DNA of 61,100 nucleotides, counting the filler, from Catajapyx aquilonaris (lineage: Eukaryota): the NCBI GenBank assembly GCA_000934665.2. It is 2 parts of 2 records of this genome, joined end to end, with 100 filler letters (N's around TTAATTAATTAA, not from the genome) between each part and the next. Parts side by side here need not be neighbours in the genome. Positions count along the whole stretch, not along the records: positions 30,778 to 61,100 come from JYFJ02004651.1; 1 more part is not named here. One strand, 5' to 3'. Both the position numbers and the translations under genes were made by a program. The stretch's first letter is position 1; every line of letters starts with the position of its first letter. The notes beneath the pieces are model-generated. The model did not search any database, was not told the origin of the DNA, and was given only the letters and a program-made list of their open reading frames with translations. Positions 43,892-60,436 of this stretch are shown one piece after another.

Positions 43892-46223
43892 CTAAGGCAA
43901 CCTCAAATAGCTCCATAATGCAACTCTTTCATGGGCATCAAATTCCATCATTTTTGAATACGGCAAGTCGATATTTAATAGCATGACATTGTTAGGGTCC
44001 ACACTTGTCCATGTGCCAGCATCAGGGGTTGGGTTCCTGAAAATGACTCGTTGCACTAGCCAATCATGCGATTCAAAATGTAAAATAGTATTCCAACTCA
44101 CCCTGTATGCATGAAGTTTACAAACATTGAAACGATCATCTCCGAAAGAAACTTCTCCGGCTGCTGCAATCTCGGGAAAAGGTTTATGTCGAACAAGTAC
44201 TGCAGTTCATCAATGTGACTTACACCAAAATCTTCTGTAGTATTTGCAAATACTTTTGCATAACTATTGTTGGACACGTGAGAGAGACGGTAGAAAAACA
44301 CAGGTTCTGGTGAAGTTTTAGATATTCCAACAACGCAATTGTATGTCTCTGCCAAGTAGTGACGATCTGTGATCATCTGAAAGATATGGATGTTCGAGCA
44401 GCTGACCAGTAATTAGTTAAGGTGTATTTACCTCCGTCATGCTTGAAGCATCTTCTCGGCCAATTTCTCTGTATGGATCTCCAAAATAGAAATTGCGAAC
44501 TACTCGATTGATTTCATCCTTCCTTTCTTGCTTCAGCAGATCGTAATCCAGAGCATGTTCTATTGCATTGTCCGGGTCTCTTTGCAGTTCATAGAACATA
44601 TCTTCACTTGTCATAAAGTCTGTTGACAATATAATTATAATGATTGTTTATACAGTATGAGTTAAATTAATGTACCTGCAACTAGATTAGCCCCTTCGTC
44701 CCTGTTATAACCAACCAACCAGGGCACCTTGTTGTAATGTCCACTTCGTATAATTCGAGCAGGAAAATCAGGAAGAAATGCATCAGGTGCATATCCTTCT
44801 ACAACCGGTCGTATAATTTCACTTGGATAGTACTTCCACCTCTGGAAAATCAGGAAGTCATAAAGTCGTTTTCTACAACATAATCAGTGCAATCATATTA
44901 CGAGAAAGGCTGGATTCTGAGTAACAATCTTTGAAGCAGGTCTACTTTTGAGGCATTCCAAAAGTAATTCCGATGGATGTGTTGGGCATTCAAGTAGAAC
45001 AGCCAGTTTTTTAGATTTTCGTTGAATCTCTCTAAATGTGGATTCAACTGCCCAAAAAGTAGTTGCCACTCCGCTCTCGGAAATCGCTCGATGAAATAAT
45101 CCTGCGTAGAATGAATATAAAACGAAGTCGTAATTTGGAGCGTCGTAAAACAAAACATACCTTTTGAAAGAGGTGATAGCATATGGAGGTTAACGCTAGA
45201 CCCTCCGACACTCTCTCCGTTAATGGTGACACTATTTGGATTTCCTCCGAAGTAAAATATGTTGTCTTGCACCCAACGAAGTGCCATGGTTTGATCCTTC
45301 AGCCCCATATTTCCAGGGCATGTTTGATCACCCGTGCTGAAAAAGCCTGTACAAAAACATTGTTAGTGAAGCATATGACGTGTAAAGTAGTACGAGAAGA
45401 AAATATTGTTTGGCGACCAACCGTGACCTAAATATTGACCTTGAAATTGGTTGGAAAACGAGCTTTCTCAATATACGTGAAAGTATAAATTTTCTGCAGT
45501 GCATGATTCAGAAAAAAATAAAAGCAACGTTTTAGACATATTCAGGTCACTTGGTAGAAAAGGGACTTTAGATCATATGATCATACCAAAAAATCCAAGG
45601 CGATAGTTGATAGTGACCATCACTATTTCCCTGTCCATCATGATGCCTGGACCATACAAATCTCTATTTCCCGACCAAACTACGTATGATCCTCCGTGAA
45701 TAACAAAAAGGACATCCAACATGGGATGATACTGCAGGTTGGGTAACTGATGGATGTCATATAATTATAATTTAAGAGATGTATTAAATTTACACTATCT
45801 TGTTATGGGTAAGAAACTGTCACCGACCTTTCTGGTGTAGACATTTAGGCAGAGACAATCTTCGGACCCTTGCGGTTCTCTTATTCTAGGAACATAATCT
45901 TGCTGGAGACACACAGAACATTCATTTCGGGCATTAAATATTTCGAATTTACCTTTAAACGGCACAGGAGGCTGCAAAATAAATCCATCAAAATAAACGG
46001 GAAAATATGTCCAACTTTTCTGACTCACCTCGAAACGTAATTCGTTGATCGGAGGTTCTGCATATGGGATTCCAGAAAAGGCGTAAAATTCATGACCTGC
46101 ATGTGACTGGAGGGTGCACCCTTGAATGATCCCCAGGTGAGGTGTGTATGCCAGTGGAATTGAGTCAAACTGGGAGTCATAACCATTGACCACCACGCAC
46201 AATAAGAGCAGTAGATGCAGCAT
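43892..46223 (-). CDS. Carboxyl/cholinesterase 5, predicted secreted, GESVG type
   Basis: Signal [52 protein letters not shown]. Ends LWSYLRLP*. Confidence 0.92.
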
Positions 46224-46912
46224 GATGTGTTTATCTGAGCTGAAACGAAAAAGATGAATACCACTTACTACATAAGAATTTTCTCATACTGTAATTGGTA
46301 GATGCTACCCAAGCCTAGATTGCATAACGAATAATTCTTCATTTTACAATTAGACAATTAAAACATCTCCTGGTAAATGATGAAAGTACATTTACCTTCT
46401 CACCTCCTCCTGTTTGCATTGCATGTCGTCTCCAGGCACGTTCTTTTAACAATGAGTCGATCTCACGATAGTGCCACGGACTACCGCTGACCACACATGA
46501 TGAATTACAAGGTCATTAGAACGAGGCTGTAGAAAATTTTATAACGTGTATAGTTCATGAAATGGAACCTGTTTTAGGTATTATTTTCACAAGATCGGCG
46601 CATGTTTTTTGTCACCTGCTATCGTTTGGACCTATGCAAAATGCACAGCGATTGTTTCGCAACTAAATGTGCAACGTGTTTTCCTTCAGGCGTTTCGTAC
46701 CAATACGGTCATAAATAGTCAAAAATGACTTGATTACCAATGTTTTAAAATTTATTGCGCCAACTATACATGCCGCCAGAAGGAGAGTAGTTTCATGATA
46801 AATTAATCGGGTAAAGTGCGTGTGGAGGGTTTTTAGGTTGTTATTTAAGCACTGAAGGAAATTTACTGCTCTGGATATGGCCAATACTTTATTAGAACCT
46901 CATTACGGACAT

Positions 46913-49224
46913 CTAATGCAAATCCAGAGAGTTCCAAAGTTCGACACGTTCCATCGCATCAAATTCTGTCAGTTCTGGAGTTGGTAGATTGATCTCATAC
47001 CGCATTACGTAGTCTGGGTCCACTTTCTTCCATTCTCCGGTCTTTGGTGTAGGATCTCTGAAAATTCAAGCAGTACGAATAGTGAGTTACATACGTATCG
47101 TACAACTAAATTAAAATGGCGGAAAGAGTCCATACTTTTTCGTGACAAAGTTGATCCACAGATCGACCATTATTTCTGATACTTCTTTTTCTGGTTGACC
47201 ATCTACGAACTTGGGAAACATGTTTGTCCTAAATGTATACATTAACTCATCCACGTGACTAACACCAAAGTTTTGAGAGGTATTTGCAAATATTTTTGCA
47301 TAACTGTAATTGGATTGATAAGAAAATCGGTAAAAGTAGACCGGTGAATATTCAGCTATTCCAACTACACAGTTGTATGTCTCCACCAGAAAGTGCCGAT
47401 CACTGATCATCTGAAAGATATGGATACATTTGAAATTGCCTGAGTTGGTAATGACTAATGAGTGACTTGATCACATTACCTCTGTCACATTTGCGTCAAA
47501 TTTATGATCAATAGCTGTATTTGGATCTCCAAAATAAAATGTGCGAATCGCTTCATTACTTTCATTCCTCTTTTCTGGAGTCTCGAGGTCGTAATCCAAA
47601 ACGTGCTCCAGAACCATGTTGGGGTTATTTTTAAGTTGGACATACAATTTATCCCTTGTCATCAAGTCTGTTGGGCAAAGAAATTTTCACTTATTTTGGG
47701 TACAATTAACTTCAACAAATGTGTCCTCTTTTCAACATATTTGGCCACAAAAGTCATTGCACCTGCAGCTAGGTATGCTCCTTCGTCCTTGTTACAACCA
47801 ACCAGCCATGGAACCTTGTTGAATATGCCACTCTTTATTATGTTTGCTGGATAATCGGGAAGAAACGCACCAGGTACATATCCTTCCACAACAGGACGTA
47901 TAATTTCGTTTGGGTAGTATTCCCACCTCTGAAAGAAAATCATACAATTGCTTATTGCTTCCATAGGCTACAACCAAAATATGATAATTATGGGAGCATG
48001 TTACGAGAAATTTTGGGTTCAGGTTGACAATATCCGTGGCATTTTTCTTTTTGAGGCATTCAATGAGATTATTTGATGTGTCATTTGGGCATCCAGCAAG
48101 ATAAGCCATTAAGTTCTTCTTGCGTGTGATTTCAGATTTTTTGAATTCCAGAGACCAAAATATTGTTGAGACGCCGCTCTGAGATATTGCGCCATGAAAC
48201 AAACCTATGCATTGGAGATATAATGTTGGTAATATTTTTCAAACGACCACAAGTTACTGTCGTACCTGCGGATAAAGGTGATAGCATGTGATGGTTACAC
48301 ATTACTGCTCCCACACTTTCTCCGAGTATGGTGACTCTGTTAGGGTCGCCGCCAAAGTACCATATATTGTCTCGTACCCAACGAAGAGCCATGGTTTGGT
48401 CCTTCATTCCCATGTTTCCAGGGCATACCTGGTCGCCGGTACTAAAAAATCCTGTAAAAATGTAGTTGTAAATCACCAGATTATTCATACAGTGTTTCAA
48501 TTTCACGTCACTTTATACCAAAAAAGCCTAGGCGGTAGTTGATAGTGACCATCACTATGTCTTTATCCATCAAAATGTCGGGAACGAAGTTTTTTTTGTT
48601 GCCAGACAGAAAGACGTACGATCCTCCATGTATGACGAATAAGACCGGTAAGTTCGGATGATATAAAAAACCTGGCAACTTTGAGGAATATATTAGATCG
48701 AGTTTATTTATTTAAAAATACTCGTGAGTAATCGATCAGATTGATTAAATCTGCTCTTCAAGCGCTGTTGCTGTTATTTATGACTTTCCTGTACATTTCA
48801 AGTTACAGAAGGCTTTTTCTTACCTTTTGCGTGTAGACATTGAGGCATAGACAATCTTCTGATCCTTCCGAAGGTGATTCCAGATCAGGAGTCACGTAAT
48901 CTTTCTGAATACATATGTTACATTCTTTGGTGGCATTAAATTTTGAAAACCTTCTATTGAAGGTCTTAGGTGGCTGCAATACAAAACAATAACTCCTTTA
49001 GTACAGTAGTAGTATGGTAAAGTACGGTATCCTACCTCAAACCGAAGTTTGCCTACTGGAGGCGCAGCGTAAGGAATACCAGAAAAGACATGAAACGTAC
49101 GACCAGAGTCAGATTTCAGGGGATACCCTTGAACTGTTCCTAGCGTGTGCGTCCATGTCGTCGAGTCTCTGGATGAGGACAGTCCGACATTGACAAGCAG
49201 AAACAGCAATATGCCTCTGTACAT
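46913..49224 (-). CDS. Carboxyl/cholinesterase 6, predicted secreted, GESVG type
   Basis: Signal [62 protein letters not shown]. Ends WNSLDLH*. Confidence 0.92.
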
Positions 49225-49298
49225 GTTTACCTGAGCTCTACTGAGCGAGTGCCTATTCGTTATTTGCACAGGTGCATCCATTATATACGGTCTAAAGG

Positions 49299-49313
49299 TG
49301 CTCTCTGGCGGGG
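49299..49313 (-). promoter_or_regulatory. Conserved upstream 15-mer CCCCGCCAGAGAGCA (CCE6), followed by TATATAA
   Basis: Identical to 43137-43151, 75 nt upstream of the ATG. A TATA-like TATATAA lies at ~49287-49281 on the coding strand. Confidence 0.5.
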
Positions 49314-51318
49314 GGTACAAAATAGATCAAGAGCTGCTGATGAAATCCTTGTGCATGGTAATATAATTTCCATCTGGTATAGTAGCAAATAAAAACGGCA
49401 TGTGCCTGGGTATCAAAGGCCGCTCACTTCGACAATACGTGTTGTTTTTCCATGTTTTCACTGTACGAGTACATCTGCTCACAAATCAAGTTGAATGTAC
49501 TGAATGAATTTTCAAGTGATATGCAAATTTATGCATTTCGAATTGTGAAAAGATTGCTCCACCAAGGGATATGCAATACTTCGTGCCGCTCTGCTAATGT
49601 CATAGTTTCACAGACTATCCGTATTTTCTTATTTTACTCTATAGACTGCTCATGAGTAATTGAATCAAACCAAACTCTAATATTTGGCACTCCAAACATA
49701 CTGCATCAGTTGGCATGAACGTGTATGGTTGTAGGCCTTTGAAGCATTAAATGTTAAAAATATAGTCAGCATTGTGTAACGAACGTGATATTTAAATGCT
49801 AACTTATTATTATTTAGTAGCGTAAGCACTGTATATAATCAGCTTGATTAATCTCTCTAACATTTTGTATATTTTAGCATGCATAATGTTGCACGTGTTC
49901 AATCAGTATATTTTATTCTCACTCGAGAAGGTGGCCAGTTCCAGCCTCCTCGCACATGGTGAGGTAAAAAATCAACACCTGGAACTCTACATCGCTGTCA
50001 TTAATATTACTGATGTTTGTCAGAGTCAAAGACTTGGAAAAACATTTGAAGGGGATTATGTAACAGTAAGCCTGCTCGATCTCTGTTGGAAAAGAAAACA
50101 ACATATGTGGAGGTATGAACACACATATCCAACATATTCACTTTATGCACTGATAAAATGCAGATGTTAATACAGTATGCTACCTGAACACAGCAGTTTC
50201 ATATTTGCACATATGCTACCGGCCTTTGTCAAAATGACGAAAGACGGGATCATGCAGGTTGTCACATTACATTGATGCAGTCAAATTATTGTCTGCACTT
50301 GCTCCCTCTCTTTTCATGGCAGCAAATAAAATAACCTTCGATATTCGCATAATCACATTCCCAGATGTTCCAATTATGATTACTGTGTTAGGCTTCTGCT
50401 ACACTCCTACACATACTGTATACGGAGCATGAAAATACTAACGCAGGCAAGGTTACCTCCAAGGTGTGCACAGACCCTTTCGAAGTGGCGAATATTGTGT
50501 TCATTAATTGGTGTGCTGGAAAAGTAGGCTGGATGTGCTTTCCACATATTAAAAAGGACTGATAAGAGATGGCACTACTTTTATACCCACCATCTTCTAG
50601 CATGTAGTGTGGGGTGCCTATACCTCAGGATGCAGTGGTGTTTTATCCTGAAAGTCAAGCATGCCTGAGAACATGCACGGTTTGTGGGTTGCCTGAACTA
50701 TTATTACGTCATAGAATGGTACACAATGGCTGCAAAGACACTAAAACATGTTGTTATATAACTTTTAAACCCCGCACAACAACCGGTATATCTCAGTAGT
50801 TATCGACATTTAATATAAGTTTTTTTTTGTGAATAGTATGTGACATTGTAAAGTGGGTATTATCAACATCTGCTTTAGATATCAGAGTGAAAATTATGCA
50901 AGGGGTCTACTGTAGGGATACCCCTGCATGTGTTTCAGAATTAATGTGAACTCTTGGATAACCATTTGTGCCACAACAATGTCCGTTATTTTATTACACA
51001 AGAAGATCCATCACTCACTATCAATCAAAGTTGCAATTGAATATTAATCGTAGGACTTTTGCTGATAGGTCACTTAGGTATGGTTGTTGGGTAGAGCCCA
51101 GTTTTTCCATGCAAACTTGTACCACTTCGACTAATCAACACGGTCCTCTTAGCCCTTTCATTACTGTATTAAACGTCAGTCGTGCTTAGGGGTATTAGCA
51201 CCCCAATCTTGTCAATCTTGTGTACATATTTTATGTGCTGATGTCATGGTTCCACTTTACCAAATGAGTACCGGTGATAGTGATTGTATCACCACGGTCA
51301 TCGGCATAACATGGCATA

Positions 51319-53784
<2,466 letters not shown>

Positions 53785-54481
53785 GACTGAATACCACCTA
53801 AGTACAAAAGACGCAATGGCTTGATAAAGTGGAGTGGCTTATCCGAAGGTCAACAGCAAAGGTTGTAAATGATGTAATCACTCCGTGTCTGACTTGTTAC
53901 TCCCTCTTCCTGACATTAGTTATACTACTTCTCGTGTGTAGTAATACATTAAATCCTTCTCATCCTTCCAATATTAATTTCCGAGATAATTATAGCCAAC
54001 CTCGGCAGTTGCGGATCATGGAACTAATAATGAGGTCTTTACAACTCTGAGGGATTACTAAGTACCATATTGCTCTCGTTGATATATGGTTTGTACACTT
54101 CTAGAGCTTTAAAGCTTATATCGGTATCCAAGATTGTGAAAACAATAGCTTTATTAAACTGCAACTTACACAAAATTATTTACATAATACAGTTTGAAAC
54201 ATATAACACTAAGCACATCGAGCTTTTCAAGATCAATTTCGCAACCCATTCTAGCCCCATGGCAAAAAATAATAATTTCACAATACATTTTATACTGGCT
54301 AGTGATATCTAAACATATTCAGTAATGGAGTTGGCTAGATGATTATTTTTTGTAAATAATGCATTCCAGGCACGAATAATGGCATGATATTCGAGGCAAC
54401 TAACCAACATTAGCCAATGAGACGGTAGCCACAATTCCGATAATGCACGGTTTGATATAATAAAACATTTGGTCTTAAATA

Positions 54482-57400
54482 TTAAGGAGACTGGTCGAGT
54501 GAACTTTTAAGTTTTGCTTTGGAAAGAGAATCCATAGCTATCCCTTCATCATTTTCTGGCAGCTCATGAACCTGCACAGTGATAGTAAACTGACTGTTTT
54601 CACTCGGTGCTTCTGCCTTTTTAACTACAGAAGAATAGTTCCTACCACTTTTTCTCCCACACTTGTGATGAGTTGGTATCGGAAATGACCAGTCTTTGGT
54701 CAATCTAGGAAATGTATGGGTATGAAATTTCGGAAATGTGCTTTTACGCGGTAGTGACAACGAGGGCACATTCTGTGGAATAAAATTACGAGTACACAGA
54801 CTAGAAAGCCTCATGAAAGGTACAAAGCTCCTCCTTCTCCCTTTGGTCTGCTGATGTCCATCACACTTGTTCCTAATACACACATCCACCGTGTCCCCTC
54901 CCACACACTCTTGGCCCCCTGTTGCTTCATTCTCCCTGAAGAAATACAGCACAGAAGGTGCCGAAACCCTCCTGGCCATATAATATTCTCTAAATCTGTG
55001 CGGATGACTGGTCTGTGCCTCACAGTCACTGTCTGAGTCAGATGCTGACATCACAGCACCTGCGAGAAAATTCTATTAGTACCACACATTACATAAGTTT
55101 ATGCGGTATAATTATCCGTAATCACCTGAATCTTGGCTTGGTTTCCGTCCGCCATATTCCATATCTGCCAAGAGGTGAGTGGCACCCAACATTGCGCTCT
55201 TCTTGACACTACTGGTTGTGCTAGACCTTGACGGATGCTTGACAGCACTTTCCTTCATCCTTAGCCGCTGAGGTACGTGGTCCAAGAAACTTCCTGCAAT
55301 GTGTGTGGTAAAATGTGGTAAGTGGGACACTTCTGTCAGAGCTGGCTGGGTGTTCAACCTACCAGAATTTCCGGAAATACTGGATTTCCTGGAGTTCCTC
55401 CGGGGCAGTCCTCGGGTCGCCTTGCCACCCGAGGGACATATGCAGGCCTTGAGTTCCTTCCGTATGGAGCGATTGTACAGGCCATAGATGACTGGGTAGC
55501 TAATTGCAGCAGAATAGAAAAGCCATGTCGCAAGTCGACTGTACCATGGAGGAAGGCCGTTTGGTCCATGAAACATTTCCCCTAAGATGAGTCCCACATA
55601 GGGGAACCAAGTGACCACCACTGCACCCAGGACCAAACACACCGTCCTCATTCCTTTGGCAAGAGATGTGTGGAACGGGAGCCACTGTGGACGCCTCATA
55701 CTGAAAGACACTTTGTGGTGAAGACTAGACAACTTTAACCCCAGAGCGGATGTGCTGGAGAAAGGAGATGTCTTGAACACTGTTATTGGAAGGTTTGGCA
55801 GGCTGCTCTTCTCCTTAGACAACCTCACTCTGTCCTGCTCATTGAATGAGAGTCTGAGAGACTTCCGAGTCTCACTAGATCTCTCCTTCCTGTCTCTCAA
55901 CCTCTCCTTTGGCACTGTTAACTCACTGTGGCCACCTTCGTCGGTGACCAACTCTGACACTGTCCCCACGTGGATCTTCCTGCACTTCTTTCGCGCTACT
56001 TGCAGGATAGAATAGTAGCATGTGGCCATCACTATGCAAGGCACGACGAAGCATGACACCAGGAGGAAGATGCTGTACGACATACTGGAGTACCACGCCA
56101 CCATGCAGGAGCTCTGGGACGGCCTGAATTCATACCTGTGAGAAAGAGTATTAGACTGTTTATTTGCTTACAAAAAAGGTGATTTGGGACTTACCTTGAC
56201 CAGCCCCAGAATGGGGGCAGCGCACAAGCCATGGCATACACCCAGATAGCTGCTAGCATGAATGAACACCGTGCCTGTGTAATAACTCTGGCGTATACCA
56301 TTGGTCGCACAATTGCGAAATACCTGAAAAGAATGATGAGTTAATGATGACAACAATCACGATGTGATTGACAACTTTCATTTACCTATCTATAGCAATG
56401 AGTGCTAGAGTTAGAATACTGGAGAGGGGCATAAGCAGCCCTAGAAATGCTGATAAGTGACACCACGTGTGTCCCAATGGCCAGTCTCGCTGGACAGCGC
56501 TGATTATCGCTAGAGGAAGCACCATGACCACCAACATCAGGTTTGAGGCAGTCAGGCTGAACACCAACCTGAAAATACACCACTTGAAGTTAGTCCTAGC
56601 AATAGAAAAAGAGCAGTGCTTATTTTGGGAGTCTAGGATCCCTTATTCTCAAAATTTCCATGCACAAAGACACCGAATAATGTAGGGGCGTCCTTCACGT
56701 TATTCTGGCTTTTACTCGAAGCGGAAACTTTATAGTTTGCACGTGATGCTGAGGGTCTTTGGATCGAAGCCCAAAAGAAATTGGCACTTGCTAATTATCC
56801 GTCACCAGACGAAGATGCTCCTATTTTGGGTTTCCAGAACATGTTGTATGAAGGTTGAAGGGAACAAACAGGACGGATGCAATGAAAGTTTTACCTCCGG
56901 GTGAGCAAAGAGCGGACGGTTCCAAAAAATGCTTAGACGTCCATAACATATTTTATGATAATAACAATAGCAGTTTTAAAATTACAACGCGTTTAACAAT
57001 TACTTGCTAGAGCCAAAACTGTTTCTGCTGTTCTCATATACTCTGGTTGTGTAACGTATGTATCGCGCGTGCAAAGCATGAAATACAACTCGGAGACGCA
57101 GGAGCGTTATTTTGGACCACATAACTTAATACTTATTGCAATTTTGACCTTGCAATTTTGGAGTACAAGGTGAACCTACTCACAAAATTACGCACTCAGG
57201 AGCATATTGGATTTAATATTCTGCCTTGTACAGTACCATTGAGCTTATTTTGGAAGCCCCTGAGTGTAAACACCAGTCGTGTGAGCAGCTAAGCCCAATC
57301 TGATAAGCTAATGACACCATGAGTGACTTGAGACCTTTAGACAACAACTCTATCCTTGGCTCTGCAAGAATCATGATAAGATAAACATCAGGTACCTCCT

Positions 57401-60400
57401 GTTTGATATCGCAGTTTGAACCACATGAAATATATTGCTGATCTGAATAAAATACACAGACTTCATAACTTCTGTTGTTTCCCACATTTTAAAGTGGCAC
57501 TCGAATGACGCCATCGGTTTTAAAAATTAACGTCATTCGACACTTTCTTCTCGTATGATAGGTAATAACTACGACGAATGTTGCCCTTTTCTAAAGCCCG
57601 TCAATATATCAGTTGAGAATGACTAGTATTATTGCGACCTAGGCATTGAGAAGAGCCAAGTTATAGCCATAAATCTTAAAAGCCCGTTAACTTTCGTTTC
57701 GCTCTCTTCCCAAGGAACACTCGGTGCCCTTCACCAAATGCAAGCTGCGAACTCATGTGTCGTAACGAACCTCGACTTACGAGGTGGTCCAACACTCTGG
57801 AACAACATTAGAGGGTGGCAATAAAGCAACGCAATCATGAATTGAAACGGATGAGTACGTTTTTATCTTTCGAACCTGCTCATTCGAATCGCTTGTGTCT
57901 TAATCTGTAGCAAAAAAAATGTGGCATGGGATGCGAAGAATTTATTTACAATTCCTTCTGCATAGTATCATACCAGTTCAGCCTTCATACTATCTGTCCT
58001 ATAGTATGTACCCTACCCGAAACAATTCATACTTAGTCCCATCTCATTACAGGACACCCTTGCACATGCGAACCATTAATCTCCCATCTTTTGGCAACCA
58101 GTCCTCCGCAGTATTGTCCTTCAACTTTCTGAAGTGAACGCACCTTTGCTGAGCTGGCAAGTACCTTCGATATATCGGAATGAAACCGATCCCAGCATCC
58201 TGTTTGGGCGATAATACGCAGGTACGGAGACCATGCAGTGTATGCCAACTCCGTGGTTCCCAAGGCTGAGTGTTTTCTGTCTTCGATGGTCGCAAGGGGG
58301 TGGAAGGGGTGTGGTAAATAGGGAACTTTGTGCCAAGACAAAGGCCCTGCTCTAATCTCAAGGAGATTTACGGGACGCTGAGCCTTCTGAAATGAGGTCT
58401 CTTCCCAGGGCTTTGAACTGGTTTTGTAATCTGGACGAATACCCCCCGACCATTCAACTCCGGACACTTTCCGTATTGCCCTCGCCTCCTCCTACCCCCC
58501 GGAAGTGACGACGCCCCGTAGTAAAGACCACTTGAGTGCAGGGTGCCTGCTAAATGAAGCTATCAAGGACCTATTTGAGTAGCTGGCAGATTTATGTGAA
58601 GGGTCCATGAGCGTGTGTAAGAAGCGGTACGCCAAGGTCTTCATCGGTTTATTTATTAATTTTAGACATAATATTTTGATTGGTTATATTACTTATTTGC
58701 ACAACCCGCCAACTCCATCTGCTATAGTACAGCATTGTTACAGTTTCGCAATTTATCTGACCTTCCTGACACGAATCATATTCTAAAAGATGAAAACACC
58801 CCAGCCAGCTATATCTTTCGCATATTTTTGCCACAAGGGCAACGCACTCTAGACACTTGAAATTGAGGTTATCGAAAATTGCCGATTGTTATTTTTGCAA
58901 TGGTAATATGGGCAGGACTGGGGAGAACCCATATTCAGTAGCCTCATCGTGACGCGGGTGTTGCCTGATTACCAGGCGGGGAAAAAAATCACTCCTTTCT
59001 CTCTTAACCTACCCAACTTGGTCAAAAGTTGTACGCAACAAGAAAATTGGGGAGTTTATTGGGCGTGTAGTCACGACAATTTTCAGGCCAAGAATGTCCT
59101 GGCTTCTCCCAAAAGTAGCCCAACAGTGAGCAAACGAAATTAACAGGTGACCGTTTTTCGCAAGTGTAAACTCTCAACAGTGGAAACCTTGCTGATGGCT
59201 CTTTAGGTATCTAGGTTGGGCAAGAGTAATTTCAGCTAGGAGAAAACAAGTAGGTACGTGCCATAACCGGAATATTGGGGACAAACTGGACTAATTCTCG
59301 AGCTAATAACCATTCCATTGAACTTGCCATCGGCCATAAAATCTGAATGTAAATAGACGACCAACAGTGCCCTAGCAAGAATTTATTGCGGGTGTTACAT
59401 CATGTACGTTTCACGTGGCTGGCAAATGTTACGCTACTGGCTTGGCAGTAAACGTCTCTTTAAAAATTGTTGTGAGAAAGGCACCTTCCAGACGAAACCT
59501 TTTGTACGGAAAGGTCGTCGTACGGTCGAGATTCGTATTGTATGGATTATGGTCGTTATTCGTCTTATTTGCGACACCGGTTCAAGTGGAAAGGGAGTGT
59601 CTTCATTTGGTAATGCAATATGTTGGGCAGAGTGCAATAAACAGTGTAGAAAGTGCTTAAGAAACGAAGGCCTGAACTATCAGTCACATTTTTTAGTATA
59701 TTACATAATATAGTCCTTGACACATACTTTCTGATTGTCATTTTTCAGATAATTACATACCCCCTAAGTAATTTTTGAAGAAAAAAATGCATACAGTAGA
59801 AATCAGTCTATAGGTTCTTTACCTTTCATAGCACATAGATGTGTCAAGATTAATTAGAAAGCTCCTATTAATTGTGAGTTAATCCGCATGTACATGTACC
59901 GTACCGGCTTGAGGAACCCCAGACCTTGAAAGATTTATTAGACCGTGGGGTATTCGCCCGTTTCACTTTTTTTTTAAAGGCACGCTGATTGCTTTTGGAA
60001 TTTGGACTTGCAACCCCTCTAGTCTGACCCTAGTAGAAAACAGCTGCCCAATTAATGCGTTTCGTGTAGTAAATTTTTTTGATTTCTATCACGATACCCT
60101 ATATAAAACTGTTTTCGCATTTTACATTACGGTACTTTTAAAAAAAATTTGCAACTGGAAACTTCCGCAAATGTCACGACTCACGCATTTACTCCACCCA
60201 TCATGGCAATGCTCGACCTTTAATTTAAATATTCTATCCGAATATTCAGCTGACCCTGACCTGTTGGAAGGTGCGTTAAGCTGGTCCCGTTTGAAGAGGG
60301 CAAAAGGCACCAGGAAGTTGCCAGCAGCCGCCAGCACACACACCAGCGCCATGGTCCCTCCCTCCACAGCCGCCTCCCAGTCCGGCCCCGGGGCCACCCA

Positions 60401-60436
60401 CGGGCCGGTCCCATTCAGACCCATCTCACATGTCAT
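54482..60436 (-). CDS. GPR161: Class A orphan GPCR, GPR161-like, ~691 aa
   Basis: Exons 60436-60261, 56568-56386, 56323-56195, 56135-55126 and 55059-54482 splice in frame. GN...SNRLVFSLTASN, AIDRYFAIVRPMVY, LPPFWGWS, VARKKCRKIHVG and YPVIYGLYNRSIRKEL match vertebrate GPR161 as I recall it (SNKFVFSLTLSN, AIDRYYAVLYPMVY, VARVKARKVHCG, HPLIYGLWNKTVRKEL). Confidence 0.88.

Noticed and set aside
49919..50091. Exon-like minus-strand segment with acceptor, stop and AATAAA between CCE6 and CCE7
   Set aside because: No esterase or other recognisable similarity, and no upstream exons identified.
56700..59720. ORFs of 60-144 aa within GPR161-like intron 1
   Set aside because: No recognisable motifs or termini. 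Possibly decayed TE sequence but not supportable.
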